Shown: positions 10,026 to 20,068, counted from the stretch's first letter. The stretch: DNA of 64,000 bases from Candidatus Multivoradales bacterium (GCA_965250305.1 CBDFNS010000023.1:105346-169345), one strand, 5' to 3'. Translations and numbers: made by a program. The notes: a model not told the origin generated them from the sequence alone.

Positions 10026-12834
10026 GAGTCTTTGGCTTGCAGTCACCTCGATGGTGATGATTGGCATCAGCGGCGCTGTCGCCGATGCCTCTCTTGATTC
10101 CGATGGACTGTCACGATGCTGGGCTCAGGCTGATCATCCGCCGGGAACACGCCGGTTCGCTTCGTGTGTATACGACGTGGCCGCCGCTCGAGGGGCCGGG
10201 AGTCTTGAGTTAATGGGGATGGTACTCGAGAAAACGGGTGCCGACCCATGGTTGATATATCACCGTGCCTTCTTAAGAAGGGATCTCGAATCAAGGAAAG
10301 CGGCGATCGAAGAATTCGAGGTGGCGGCGAATCTGTTCCATTTTCGGAGTGATATGGTGGGTGAGGCCTGGGCTCGATGGGCCCAAGCTTCAGACCTTCG
10401 TTTTATGGGGGCGATAGAGGAATCGAAGACTCAGGTCGGTTTAGCCCGGCAGCTAGCTCAAGCGTCGGGAAGTAGGCGCGCACTTGCTGTAGTTCTGATG
10501 GAGGTGGGTCGACAAGCGATCCGATCCGGAGAGAACCTCCAAGGAGCCTACCGTGATCTCCTCGTTGTGGAGAATGAGACCGTCGACGATGTGGCAATTT
10601 GCAGTGTTCGCTGTAAGGAGACGATCGCTGCTCTTTCATATCAGCTAAGTCATTTAGAGAACAGCCTCGAGAGGTTTCGGGGAGTAGTCAACCAAGCTCG
10701 AGAAGAAGGTACTTCTAACTACGCGCACGCGCGGCTCATGTTCGCAGCCGTTCAGTGTGAATACGACGATCTTGTGAGCCAAGACCCTGAACCTGCTCGG
10801 GTTCGGGCAGTTGAAGAATTTAGGGCCGCACTTCGAGCCGCAAAGGATCATGGTTCTGTTTTCCTACAGTCAAGAAGTCATCAGCTTCTGGGTAGGGTGC
10901 TTGGTGACGATACTGAGGCCGTACTTCACTTTGAGGAGTGCGTCAATCTCGGGCCCGGCTCAGACCGGCGATCGCTGGTTGACTGTCTCAACGGGCTTGC
11001 TATTGATGCTCTTCCTAAGGACCGGAGTCTAGCGTTCGAGATGCGGGAGGCGGCGCTGGCGATCTCCAAAGAGGAGGACGATCCCTGGTTCGATGCGTTT
11101 CTCTGGCATCACGTCATGAAATTCGATTGGCTCGCACTGTCACGTGACAAAGCCATCGCACACTCGCTTCGATCTCTTGAGATCATGGAGTGGCTGAGGG
11201 TACTTCAGCCATCTATCGAAGGGCGCGCGGCAATGTTCTCGGGCTGGACCGATCCGTATCGATCGCTCGTGGGTCGATTGCTCTCGCCCAAATTCGGAAG
11301 GCGTCGTGACGACGATGTGGATTTGGCCTTCAGCGTGGTTGAACGATTGCGTGCACGCGTTCTATTGGATGTATTGACCTCCGCGCAGGCGATGCCAGCG
11401 CCACTTGGCGATGGCGATCCGTTGGAGACGGCTCGGCGCGAGGTGCTGGGTGAAATTGTCGACCTCCAACGCACTCTGTTCGAGACCGGCCTCGATGCCG
11501 ACACACGGGAGGCGCGCCGGGCCGAGCTCGAGCGACTCGAGGCCGAGGCGGCACGCTTGTCTGAGAAGATTGCGAAGGCCCACCCCGATCTCATTGCTCT
11601 CGAACGCCCCGACTTTGCCGGCCTCGACGCGGTGCGTGCGGCGCTGGGCCCCGACGAAGCCTTGCTGTCGTTCCAGATGGCTCGCGACCATGGTCTTTAT
11701 AGCGACTTCCTGGGCGGTTCGTGGCTGATGGTGGTGACCCGCGATGCCGTCGAGGTGGTGGCGTTGCCCGATGGGCGCCAATTGCGGCCGCTGGTGGCGC
11801 TTCATGCCGTGCAACTGGCGGACCGGCGCGAGGACGATCTCGGTTTGGCCCGTGACCTCCATACCCACTTGTTGGATGATGGCTTGGCGCGGCTGCCGTC
11901 GGGCATCGAGCGTTTGATTGTGGTGCCAGACGGGCCCCTGCATTTGTTGCCGTTCTCCTTACTCGCCGACGCGGCGGACGCGCCCCTGGCCAGCCGATAC
12001 CAGATCTCGGTGGTGCCGTCGGCTTCGCTGTGGCTGCGCTGGCGGCAGGCAACACAGCTGCCACGGGCCGAAGGCGCCTTGATCATGGCCGACCCCGAGA
12101 CCCTGGCAACGGCGGACCGACCTGGTGCGGACAATGGTCATCTCCGCAAGACGCCGAGCGAGCCGCCCCTGCCGCCCTTGGCGGGGGCCGAGAAGGAAGG
12201 CCGGGCGGTGGCCCGGTATCTGGGCGCGCCGAGCCGGTTGTTGGTGGGCGCGGCGGCCAGCGAGCGCGCGATCAAGCAGACCGCATTCGGCGAGGTGGGG
12301 CTGTTGCATTTTGCCGCGCACGCCATTGTGGACGAAGAAGAGCCCGACCGCTCGGCGATCATGCTCGCACCCGGTAGCGACGACGAAGACGGCTTGTTGC
12401 AGATGCGTGAGATTGTCGAGCTCGACCTCGACAATCTGGTCGTCGTTCTGTCGGCCTGCAGCAGTGCGGTTGGCCCAGTCTTGCGGGGAGAAGGCGTGAT
12501 GAGCCTGGCGCGTGGATTCTTCCAGGCGGGTGCTCGCGCGGTGGTCGGCAGTCTCTGGCCGCTCGAAGACAAGGAGGCCGCCGCCTTGTTCGATACCTTC
12601 TACCGTCGGCTGGCACGTGGCGATAGTCTCGACGGCGCCTTGCGGATTGCCCAGGAAGAGCGTCGCGGGGCGGGCGCCTCGACCGTGGACTGGGCTGGCG
12701 TCCAAGTGTTTGGTGACGGTGGCTTCGTGCCGTTTCCTGGTGGTCGCACACGAACGACTCCGTCCGCGCTTTTGGCGCTCGGTGCCGTGTTGGTGGTGGC
12801 GCTGTTGATTGTGATGGCGCGGCGCCGGGGCTAG
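9997..12834 (+). CDS. exported TPR-like + CHAT (caspase-like) domain protein with a C-terminal hydrophobic/Arg-rich tail
   Basis: Signal-peptide-like N-terminus (LWLAVTSMVMIGISGAVADA); helical repeat middle; CHAT core with His (GLLHFAAHA) and Cys (VVVLSACSSAVG) dyad; C-terminus VPFPGG...ALLALGAVLVVALLIVMARRRG; alternative start near 10051. Confidence 0.85.
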   Translation: MIRPDPVGPRSLWLAVTSMVMIGISGAVADASLDSDGLSRCWAQADHPPGTRRFASCVYDVAAARGAGSLELMGMVLEKTGADPWLIYHRAFLRRDLESRKAAIEEFEVAANLFHFRSDMVGEAWARWAQASDLRFMGAIEESKTQVGLARQLAQASGSRRALAVVLMEVGRQAIRSGENLQGAYRDLLVVENETVDDVAICSVRCKETIAALSYQLSHLENSLERFRGVVNQAREEGTSNYAHARLMFAAVQCEYDDLVSQDPEPARVRAVEEFRAALRAAKDHGSVFLQSRSHQLLGRVLGDDTEAVLHFEECVNLGPGSDRRSLVDCLNGLAIDALPKDRSLAFEMREAALAISKEEDDPWFDAFLWHHVMKFDWLALSRDKAIAHSLRSLEIMEWLRVLQPSIEGRAAMFSGWTDPYRSLVGRLLSPKFGRRRDDDVDLAFSVVERLRARVLLDVLTSAQAMPAPLGDGDPLETARREVLGEIVDLQRTLFETGLDADTREARRAELERLEAEAARLSEKIAKAHPDLIALERPDFAGLDAVRAALGPDEALLSFQMARDHGLYSDFLGGSWLMVVTRDAVEVVALPDGRQLRPLVALHAVQLADRREDDLGLARDLHTHLLDDGLARLPSGIERLIVVPDGPLHLLPFSLLADAADAPLASRYQISVVPSASLWLRWRQATQLPRAEGALIMADPETLATADRPGADNGHLRKTPSEPPLPPLAGAEKEGRAVARYLGAPSRLLVGAAASERAIKQTAFGEVGLLHFAAHAIVDEEEPDRSAIMLAPGSDDEDGLLQMREIVELDLDNLVVVLSACSSAVGPVLRGEGVMSLARGFFQAGARAVVGSLWPLEDKEAAALFDTFYRRLARGDSLDGALRIAQEERRGAGASTVDWAGVQVFGDGGFVPFPGGRTRTTPSALLALGAVLVVALLIVMARRRG

Positions 12835-14177
12835 CGACCGCCGAAGTACCAACGGAGTTCGATCAGGGCGCTGCGACCATCGGTGTTGGCGGCAAATCCC
12901 GATTGCGCCGCGGCCGGACGGTCCGCCTCGAGGTCGAGCAGCTGAACCCCGAGGCGGACGCTGTTGCGGATCTCCCAAAAGGCAGCCAGGGTCCAGGCGG
13001 TGCCGTCTTCCGTGTTGGTCTCGGCATCGGTGAAATCCTGCTCGACGGTCTCAAAACGGTCATAGCGAACCGTGATCCGGAAGCGGGCGTTGTGCCACGA
13101 CGCCAACAGGTAGCTCGCTTCGATATCGGCCTCAGCGCGGGTGCTACCAAGGATACCCATGCCGGTTTCGCCCGTGAGGAACTCGCCCACTACATCCCAT
13201 CGGGGGCTCGGGTGCCAGGTCACGCCCAGCAGGTCGATCCGCGTGCGCCAAGCGTACTCTCCGCCATGGAGCGCTCGGTCGCCGCGCGTGTCGAGATGGG
13301 TCGCCTGTATGGTCAGGGCTTCGGGTCTGACAAATCGTAGGAAGCCGCCCAATCCTGGACGACCGTCGAGGTCGCTTCCGAACGGCTGGCTTCCGTCGTC
13401 TCTTTGCGCGCGGAAGCCACCGGTGGTGAGCGAGTCCAAGGGCGGCAGGGGAACCACCTCGCCGAGCCCCGTCAGACGGTCGCCAAAGCTCCAGCCACGC
13501 CACGCGAGCAGCGCGCCGCTAGCATCGTTGCCGGCGAAGCCGATCGCACCGATTTGCAGCGAGTCCACCGATCCGAGGGCGAAGGAATAGTCCGCCAATA
13601 GGCCCGTTAACCGCACTTCTTCCGCGATCCAACTGTTGATCGCGGACAGCGTCACGGTGTAGGGCGAGGCCCACGCCGACTCGACGTTTTCCTGCGAAGT
13701 CGGTGGCAAGAAGTAACCCAAGCGCAGGCGAGCGCGGTCCGCATCGCGGAGGGTGGCCTGGCCTTCCACATACACTTCGACCAATCCGAAGCTGTCGCCG
13801 CCATGGTCGCTGGGTTCCGCACGTCCGAAGCCATGAATGTAGGCTAGGAAGTGCTCGTTCGGTTGCCACTCGAGCGCCGCATGGAGCTTGCCGGTGGCGA
13901 TCTCATCTTCGGCTCCGACCGCGTTGGCGCCCAGATCCAACCGACCGAAGCTGCCGGTGAGCCACGAGGCCCGGCTCTCGACGGCCGTGGCCCGCCCGGC
14001 CACGAAGCCGAAGAAGTTGAGTTCCTGCGCCTGCGCCACAGGTGGACTTCCGTAAACGAGCGCCGCCAATCCGCCGAGAAGCAGGGCTCCGATTGCGTGG
14101 TGTGAAGACACCCTCCGATGGCCACGAGATCGACCGTGGGGTGGCTTCGCTCCTTGGGGGATTGTTGACGCTGACAT
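12831..14177 (-). CDS. putative outer-membrane beta-barrel protein
   Basis: Signal peptide (..HHAIGALLLGGLAALVYGSPPVAQAQE), then alternating amphipathic beta-strand pattern rich in G/Y/W/R; start chosen at MSASTIP. Confidence 0.45.
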   Translation of the reverse strand: MSASTIPQGAKPPHGRSRGHRRVSSHHAIGALLLGGLAALVYGSPPVAQAQELNFFGFVAGRATAVESRASWLTGSFGRLDLGANAVGAEDEIATGKLHAALEWQPNEHFLAYIHGFGRAEPSDHGGDSFGLVEVYVEGQATLRDADRARLRLGYFLPPTSQENVESAWASPYTVTLSAINSWIAEEVRLTGLLADYSFALGSVDSLQIGAIGFAGNDASGALLAWRGWSFGDRLTGLGEVVPLPPLDSLTTGGFRAQRDDGSQPFGSDLDGRPGLGGFLRFVRPEALTIQATHLDTRGDRALHGGEYAWRTRIDLLGVTWHPSPRWDVVGEFLTGETGMGILGSTRAEADIEASYLLASWHNARFRITVRYDRFETVEQDFTDAETNTEDGTAWTLAAFWEIRNSVRLGVQLLDLEADRPAAAQSGFAANTDGRSALIELRWYFGGR

Positions 14178-14249
14178 GGTGGTCCGATTCGTCTGGCGGC
14201 ATATGGTGTCGTACATGAGGAGGCGGTTACCACATCGTTCCGAGGGTCC

Positions 14250-15047
14250 TTAGCGCTCTGCCGTTCCGTCTTGGACTTCGATGTTGCGCAGCGTGATCGT
14301 CGAGATGTGCCTCAACGTGGCGGCGTAGGCAGGGGTGATATCGTCCACGGAGAGGCCTTCGCCCTCGGTGCCGAAGTTTTCTTGATCGAAGAACAAGATG
14401 CCGCCTACCCGTCGGTGGTGGGTTGCGCGCCGAAAGCGGATCCCACCGGGATCGCCTTGGTAGGAGTAGGCGAGCTGCGCCACCCGGCCGGTCTCGGGCT
14501 CGAGCCAGTAGACATACTCGTCGTCGGCATCGCTGCTCGAGCCGGCCGTGAACGTGATCTTGACGCGTTGGTAGGTCAGCTCGCCCCACTGTTCGAGTCC
14601 TTGATCTTGTTTCCAGACACTGGGGTCATTAAGTCGGTAGGGGAGGAAGGGGAAGTAGACCCGTGCCATGACCCAATTGCGCAGTGATGATTCGTCGTCG
14701 GGCGCGACGGGCACTGGTTTGCCGTCGCGCCAGCGCTCGACCTGTTCGTTGGTTACTCGCACGGTCCGCTCACCCTCCCGGGCCGTGCCCCGAACCGTGA
14801 GGTCGAATCGGTCCTCATCGACCCGAGCTCGAACGTTGAAGCAACCTCCCTTGGAGCACATCTCCAACGAGGTGTCGGTCGAGCGGTAGCGGTCGCCACC
14901 GTGGTGCTCGATCGCTCGGTCGATGACGTCGAGTCGGTTCGTGGGCGCTGCGCCTTCCACCGTGGCGGCCGTCCAGAGGACGAGACAAGAACACAGTGAG
15001 ATCAGAACGCCCACGTGTAGACCGCCATGAATCCGTAGTTCTTGCAT
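14250..15047 (-). CDS. secreted hypothetical protein
   Basis: Internal start MQELRIHGGLHVGVLISLCSCLVLWTAATVEG gives a good signal peptide; no family recognised. Confidence 0.5.
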   Translation of the reverse strand: MQELRIHGGLHVGVLISLCSCLVLWTAATVEGAAPTNRLDVIDRAIEHHGGDRYRSTDTSLEMCSKGGCFNVRARVDEDRFDLTVRGTAREGERTVRVTNEQVERWRDGKPVPVAPDDESSLRNWVMARVYFPFLPYRLNDPSVWKQDQGLEQWGELTYQRVKITFTAGSSSDADDEYVYWLEPETGRVAQLAYSYQGDPGGIRFRRATHHRRVGGILFFDQENFGTEGEGLSVDDITPAYAATLRHISTITLRNIEVQDGTAER

Positions 15048-15076
15048 GGGCTGCACTCTAACGGTGATCTTCGCTG

Positions 15077-17374
15077 TTGGGTACCGGCTATACTCACCGT
15101 CTCCCTGGAGCATTGGTGGAAAATCATCTGATTCTGGCGTTTTTTGGTGTGGCAGCAATCGGCGTGGTGGCGAGTCTCGCGTTGTTCGACCTCTTCAGGG
15201 CTGAAACCGTGCGCGCTTCGTGGTCCGATTGGCTAAGCTTCGAGCCGGACGAGCTCGGTGGGTACGCACCCCGTACCTTGGTACTCGCGAGCGTGTTGGG
15301 TCTGTTCGTCGAGTTGCTCTTGATTCGGTGGGTTTCGTCCGAGATACGCATCTTTGCGTACTTCAAGAACTTCGTGCTGATCGCTTGCTTTCTCGGTTTC
15401 GGCCTTGGTTTTCACTTGTGCCGGCGGCGAATCAACCTCCTGCCGACGATGGTGCCGCTGGTGTTGCTGTGTCTGCTGGTTCGTCTGCCCTGGGAACCAC
15501 TGCGCGAGCTGGTCGCCCTGTTGCCTTCGTGGATCGGCTCCTTCGCGGAGGTCCATATGTGGGGTGTACCGGCGGTCGATGCGACCGGCGAGGCGCTCGC
15601 AGGTTTGGCAGCGGCGATGGTGATCTCGGTGCCGCTGTTCGCCATGATCGCGCTGGTGTTTGTGCCCTTCGGCCAACTGACGGGCTGGTTGATCGAGCGG
15701 GCCCCCAACGGCATCACCGCCTACTCGATCAACGTGCTGGGGAGCCTCGCCGGCATTCTCCTGTTCACCGGGTTGGCCTTCGCATCGCAACCGCCCGCCG
15801 TTTGGTTTGCCATTGCGGGCGCCTTGTTTGTGGTGTTGTTTTGGCCCAAACCCCGGTTGCGGTGGGCTGTTGTTGTGGTGTTCGGCATCTCCCTCGGGCT
15901 GTTTGCCGTCGGCCGGCCAGGTGAGGGGATCGAGGTCCATTGGTCGCCGTACCAGAAACTTGCCGTACAGCCGCAGGTCGTGGATGGCGAGACCATATCG
16001 TACGCCCTCGAGACCAACGACAGCTGGTATCAGTGGGTGATCGACCTGTCGCCCGTCTTCCTCGCGCGTCACCCAGAGCTTCTCCGCAGCGTGCCGATCG
16101 AGCGCAATGCCTACAACCTGCCCTACCGCTTCGCACCCGCGCCGGGTTCGGTCTTGGTGCTCGGTGCCGGCATGGGCAATGACGTTGCCGCCGCGCTGCG
16201 CAACGATGCCGGACGGGTGACGGCGGTCGAGATTGATCCGACCATCGTCAGGCTCGGCCGGCGATTGCATTTCGAGAAGCCCTATGCCGATCGACGGGTC
16301 ACCGTCGTGGTGGACGACGCGCGCAGCTATATCCAGAACGCGAAGGACCGTTTCGATCTGATCGTTTTCTCGCTGCTCGACTCCCATACTACGGCATCCC
16401 ATTTCTCGAACATCCGCATCGACAACTACGTCTACACCGTCGAAGCGCTGCGGGCCGCGCGCGAGCTATTGGCACCTGATGGGGTGTTTATCGTCAAGTT
16501 CCAGGTCGACCAAACGTGGATCGCCGCCCGTCTCCGTGCGCTGCTCGAAGAGGCGTTCGGCGCCCCGCCGCTCCAATTCGAAGCTGAGGCCACCCACACA
16601 ACCGGCGGCCGTTTCTTCGTCGCGGGTTCGGCGTCACGGATCGCGGCCGCGCGCAGCGATCCAGCGTTCGCCGCGTTCCTCATCGAGCACACCCGCCACG
16701 ACGGGGCGGATGCTGCCACGGGTCGGATTACGCGCACCACCGATGACTGGCCTTACTTCTACCAACACGCGCCGGGCCTACCGGCTGCCGTGCTGGTCAT
16801 CTCGGGCATCCTCGCCATTGTCGTGTGGCTGGCCGTGGGTCGTACGGGTTTGCGGGGTGGCGCAATCCGCTGGCATTTCTTCTTCCTCGGCGCGGGATTC
16901 TTGTTGGTCGAGGCCCAAGCGGTCAGCAAGATGGCGCTTTTGTTCGGCACCACCTGGCTGGTCAACGCGATCGTCATCGCCGGTATTTTGTTGTTGATCG
17001 TGGCTGCCAACCTGCTGGTCGAGAAGGGACCGCGCATACCGGTGAACGTTGCCTATTCTGGCCTCTTCGCTTCGCTTCTCGCGGCATACTTGATTCCCGT
17101 CGACTGGCTGCTGGTGGACGCGGTCGCGCCACGGATCGCCCTCGCGACCCTTGTGCTGTGCACCCCAGTCTTCTTTGCCGGCATCGTCTTCATCACGGGT
17201 TTCGCCCAAGCCGGTTTCCGCGGCGACGCCCTCGGCTCCAACCTCTTTGGTGCCCTGCTCGGTGGCCTGACCGAGAGCATCTCGCTATGGACAGGCCTGC
17301 GGTCCCTCCTCCTCGTCGCCGCCGCGCTCTACGCTCTTTCGTGGTGGGTGCGGCGGAGCGACGTCGAGCGGTAG
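15077..17374 (+). CDS. polytopic membrane protein fused to a spermidine-synthase-like (PABS) methyltransferase-fold domain
   Basis: About 7 N-terminal and 5 C-terminal TM helices flank a soluble domain with GxGxG (VLVLGAGMGNDVAAAL) and acidic DLIVFSLLDSHT motifs, as in aminopropyltransferases. Confidence 0.6.
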   Translation: MGTGYTHRLPGALVENHLILAFFGVAAIGVVASLALFDLFRAETVRASWSDWLSFEPDELGGYAPRTLVLASVLGLFVELLLIRWVSSEIRIFAYFKNFVLIACFLGFGLGFHLCRRRINLLPTMVPLVLLCLLVRLPWEPLRELVALLPSWIGSFAEVHMWGVPAVDATGEALAGLAAAMVISVPLFAMIALVFVPFGQLTGWLIERAPNGITAYSINVLGSLAGILLFTGLAFASQPPAVWFAIAGALFVVLFWPKPRLRWAVVVVFGISLGLFAVGRPGEGIEVHWSPYQKLAVQPQVVDGETISYALETNDSWYQWVIDLSPVFLARHPELLRSVPIERNAYNLPYRFAPAPGSVLVLGAGMGNDVAAALRNDAGRVTAVEIDPTIVRLGRRLHFEKPYADRRVTVVVDDARSYIQNAKDRFDLIVFSLLDSHTTASHFSNIRIDNYVYTVEALRAARELLAPDGVFIVKFQVDQTWIAARLRALLEEAFGAPPLQFEAEATHTTGGRFFVAGSASRIAAARSDPAFAAFLIEHTRHDGADAATGRITRTTDDWPYFYQHAPGLPAAVLVISGILAIVVWLAVGRTGLRGGAIRWHFFFLGAGFLLVEAQAVSKMALLFGTTWLVNAIVIAGILLLIVAANLLVEKGPRIPVNVAYSGLFASLLAAYLIPVDWLLVDAVAPRIALATLVLCTPVFFAGIVFITGFAQAGFRGDALGSNLFGALLGGLTESISLWTGLRSLLLVAAALYALSWWVRRSDVER

Positions 17375-17384
17375 GCGTCCTGCC

Positions 17385-18146
17385 TCAGTGACCGCGCTTG
17401 TTGGACGTTCGCTTGCGCCGCCTGGATTCGGGAGCGCGACGACCCCATGCGTAGACAACGAGGGTCACAGCAAGCAGCGCGGCAATGCCGGTGAACGCGC
17501 GACGGTAAATACTTCGTCGTTGAAGTTGGCCGTCGCAGGCTTCCAGTTGGCGGTCATATAAGGCGGCACGGGCGGCGACCTTTTCGGCGACCTTCAGCAG
17601 CCAAGGCTTGGCGAGATGACTTCCGCGAGCATAGCCGGCGGGCCCTTCGTGATAGGCCAAGTAGAGGTTGTAGGCATCGCTGGTTTCGATCCCCGCCCGT
17701 TGGTGAATTTCCCGTCCATACCAGCCGACAAAATCGGAGACGTCCGGAAAGTGGCGTCGGCTCGCGCGCGGGCCCGCGACACGCCGTTGATAGTCTCGCC
17801 AGGTGCCATCGAGTGCTTGGGCATAGCCATAGGCTGACGAGGGCCGGCGCCAAGGAATCACGCCCCACAGCATCCTGCGTGGTGGTCGCGCTCCCGCTCT
17901 AAAGCTCGACTCTTGGAAGAGGATCGCAAGCTGGACCGCTACTGGGACCTTCCATCGTTTCTCAGACCGCCTCACGCTGCGGTACCAACCCGACTTGTCC
18001 ATCAGGAGGGTGCAGACATCGCCGGATACGCTCGGTGGCGCCTCATGCCAACGAAGGAGCGCGACACCGAAGAGAAGCAGAAAGCCCGTGGCGAGAATCG
18101 GTCCGAGGAATCGAGGGAACCGAGGGAACCGAGGTTGGCGGACCAT
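17385..18146 (-). CDS. membrane-anchored SLT-domain (lytic transglycosylase-like) protein
   Basis: TM anchor after a PRFPRFPRF repeat; catalytic-Glu region LAILFQESSFR and AYGYAQALDGTW resemble SLT family motifs; ATG overlaps the stop of the upstream gene (TGATG). Confidence 0.5.
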   Translation of the reverse strand: MVRQPRFPRFPRFLGPILATGFLLLFGVALLRWHEAPPSVSGDVCTLLMDKSGWYRSVRRSEKRWKVPVAVQLAILFQESSFRAGARPPRRMLWGVIPWRRPSSAYGYAQALDGTWRDYQRRVAGPRASRRHFPDVSDFVGWYGREIHQRAGIETSDAYNLYLAYHEGPAGYARGSHLAKPWLLKVAEKVAARAALYDRQLEACDGQLQRRSIYRRAFTGIAALLAVTLVVYAWGRRAPESRRRKRTSNKRGH

Positions 18147-20068
18147 CACGGAGACGTCGGATTCCGCTCCACCATCAGCAAGCGATCGACCGCCTCGACC
18201 TCGACCGCCTGGTTGGTGCCGTCGGGCCAAGTGACCTCGAGTCCTGTGACGGTGGCGGCCTTGCCCAGGCCAAAGGTCACGGTAGGCTCGGATTGGCTCT
18301 GGTAGCTACGGTTGGGCATGACGGCCCGGCGCTGGCGACGGCCGTCGTCGGTCTCGAGGGTGATCCAGGCGCCGATGGCGTCGATGTTGGGGGCTCGATC
18401 GACCAGGCGGATTCGCAGCCAGTGGTTGGCGAGGGCTTGGTCATTGCGCAACACCAGGGCACGGCGACCAGTTTGGGTCAGGACGACGTCGAGGTCGCCG
18501 TCGCCGTCCAAGTCGGCGGTGGCACTACCGCGTCCCACTACGGCCTGGCCGAGGTCACCGGCGGTGGTCAGATCGACCGGCTCAAACGTTCGGCGGGCTT
18601 CGGGGCCGGCGTTCCAGAACAGCTGTGACGGCTGGGCGTACGTCTGGCTCGGATCGACGGTGTTGATTTCTGTTTCCAGGTGACCATTGGTTTGGATCAG
18701 GTCGAGGCGGCCGTCGAGGTCGTAGTCGAAGAACAGCACACCAAACGACAGGACTGCGCGACTCGATGCGCCAATGCCTTCGGTAATCGCCTCGTCGGCG
18801 TAGAGGGTTCGGTCACCCTGTGCGACGTAGAGGGAGGTCATTTCGTTGGCGAAATTGCCGATCGCGAATCCGAGGTCACCATCGTTGCGCAGGTAGCCCG
18901 CATCGATGCCCATGGCACCGGTGGCCTCACCCTCCCGGCCGTAGGCGATGCCCCATAGTTCGCCCACTTCGTCGAAGGTGATGGCGTTGCCGTTGGTGGT
19001 GGCGGTACGGTTGTGGAACAGGAAGTTCCGAACCGTATCGTTGGCCACGACCAGATCCATCCAGCCGTCGCCATCGACGTCGATGGGTGCGACCGCCAGC
19101 GCCTTGCCGACCGGGACTCCGGAAGCGTTGTTGCGTACGTGCAGCCCGGCTGCTTCTGAGATGTCGGTAAACGCGGGGTTGCCACCCGGAGCATCGAGGT
19201 CGTTGCGATAGAGCGCGCTGAATGAGCCTTGGTAGTTGGCGGGCGGTCCGTAGGCTCGGCCAACGCCGGTCAGTTGGTAGTCGATCTCGAAGTCGATCGC
19301 GCGCGACCAACGGACGTAGTTGCCAACAAAGAGATCGAGGTCGCCGTCGTTGTCGGCATCGAAGAAGGCGCACGAGGTGCTCCAGGCATCGTCGGAGCCT
19401 GCGACACCCGCGGTATCGCTAACATCTTCGAACCGGCCGTGTCGGTTCATCAACAACCGGTTGCTGCCAACCGCGGCGACGAAAACGTCGCGCCAGCCAT
19501 CACCGTCGACATCGGCCGCGGCAACGCCTGTTCCGTAGATCCCAAGGGCCAAGCCGGCTTCGATCGTGGCATCGGTGAATTGCAGGTTGCCCGCGGCGTC
19601 CGTGCCTTGGTTGCGGAAAAAACGGCTGGAGATGTTCTCCGCTCCGGCTGTTGCCGTCCAAGGACGACCGTTGATCAGCAGGATGTCGATGTCGCCGTCG
19701 TTGTCGGCGTCGAATAGGGCGACGCCGCTGCCCATACTTTCGGGCAGCAGCTTGTCGCCGCCTGCCCCGTTCTCGTGTGTGAAGTCGATCCCGGCCGCGG
19801 CACTGATCTCGGTGAAGGTTACGGTGGGTACCGTGGCCTCGGTGGCGGGAACGACGGCCACTGGCGCGGCAGTCTTGATCGTTTGTTCGGGCGTTGCCTC
19901 ATCTGGGCGCCGCATGACCGCAACCACCACCAATACGACCACGGCCAGCGCGACCAGCGCCATCAAAGACCGGCGAACGGCAACGCCGATAACGGCGTCG
20001 TCAGCGTGTGCGAGGTCATCCGAGTGCGCCGGGTTCGACTGGGTTTCTGCTTCCGGTGGGTGGTTCAT
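18146..20068 (-). CDS. CRTAC1-family protein (FG-GAP/VCBS repeats + ASPIC-UnbV C-terminal domain), membrane anchored
   Basis: Repeated FDADNDGDxDL motifs; C-terminal ..LGLGKAATVTGLEVTWPDGT.. UnbV/ASPIC signature; N-terminal TM; start ATG 20068 overlaps the stop of the TPR gene (ATGA). Confidence 0.8.
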   Translation of the reverse strand: MNHPPEAETQSNPAHSDDLAHADDAVIGVAVRRSLMALVALAVVVLVVVAVMRRPDEATPEQTIKTAAPVAVVPATEATVPTVTFTEISAAAGIDFTHENGAGGDKLLPESMGSGVALFDADNDGDIDILLINGRPWTATAGAENISSRFFRNQGTDAAGNLQFTDATIEAGLALGIYGTGVAAADVDGDGWRDVFVAAVGSNRLLMNRHGRFEDVSDTAGVAGSDDAWSTSCAFFDADNDGDLDLFVGNYVRWSRAIDFEIDYQLTGVGRAYGPPANYQGSFSALYRNDLDAPGGNPAFTDISEAAGLHVRNNASGVPVGKALAVAPIDVDGDGWMDLVVANDTVRNFLFHNRTATTNGNAITFDEVGELWGIAYGREGEATGAMGIDAGYLRNDGDLGFAIGNFANEMTSLYVAQGDRTLYADEAITEGIGASSRAVLSFGVLFFDYDLDGRLDLIQTNGHLETEINTVDPSQTYAQPSQLFWNAGPEARRTFEPVDLTTAGDLGQAVVGRGSATADLDGDGDLDVVLTQTGRRALVLRNDQALANHWLRIRLVDRAPNIDAIGAWITLETDDGRRQRRAVMPNRSYQSQSEPTVTFGLGKAATVTGLEVTWPDGTNQAVEVEAVDRLLMVERNPTSP

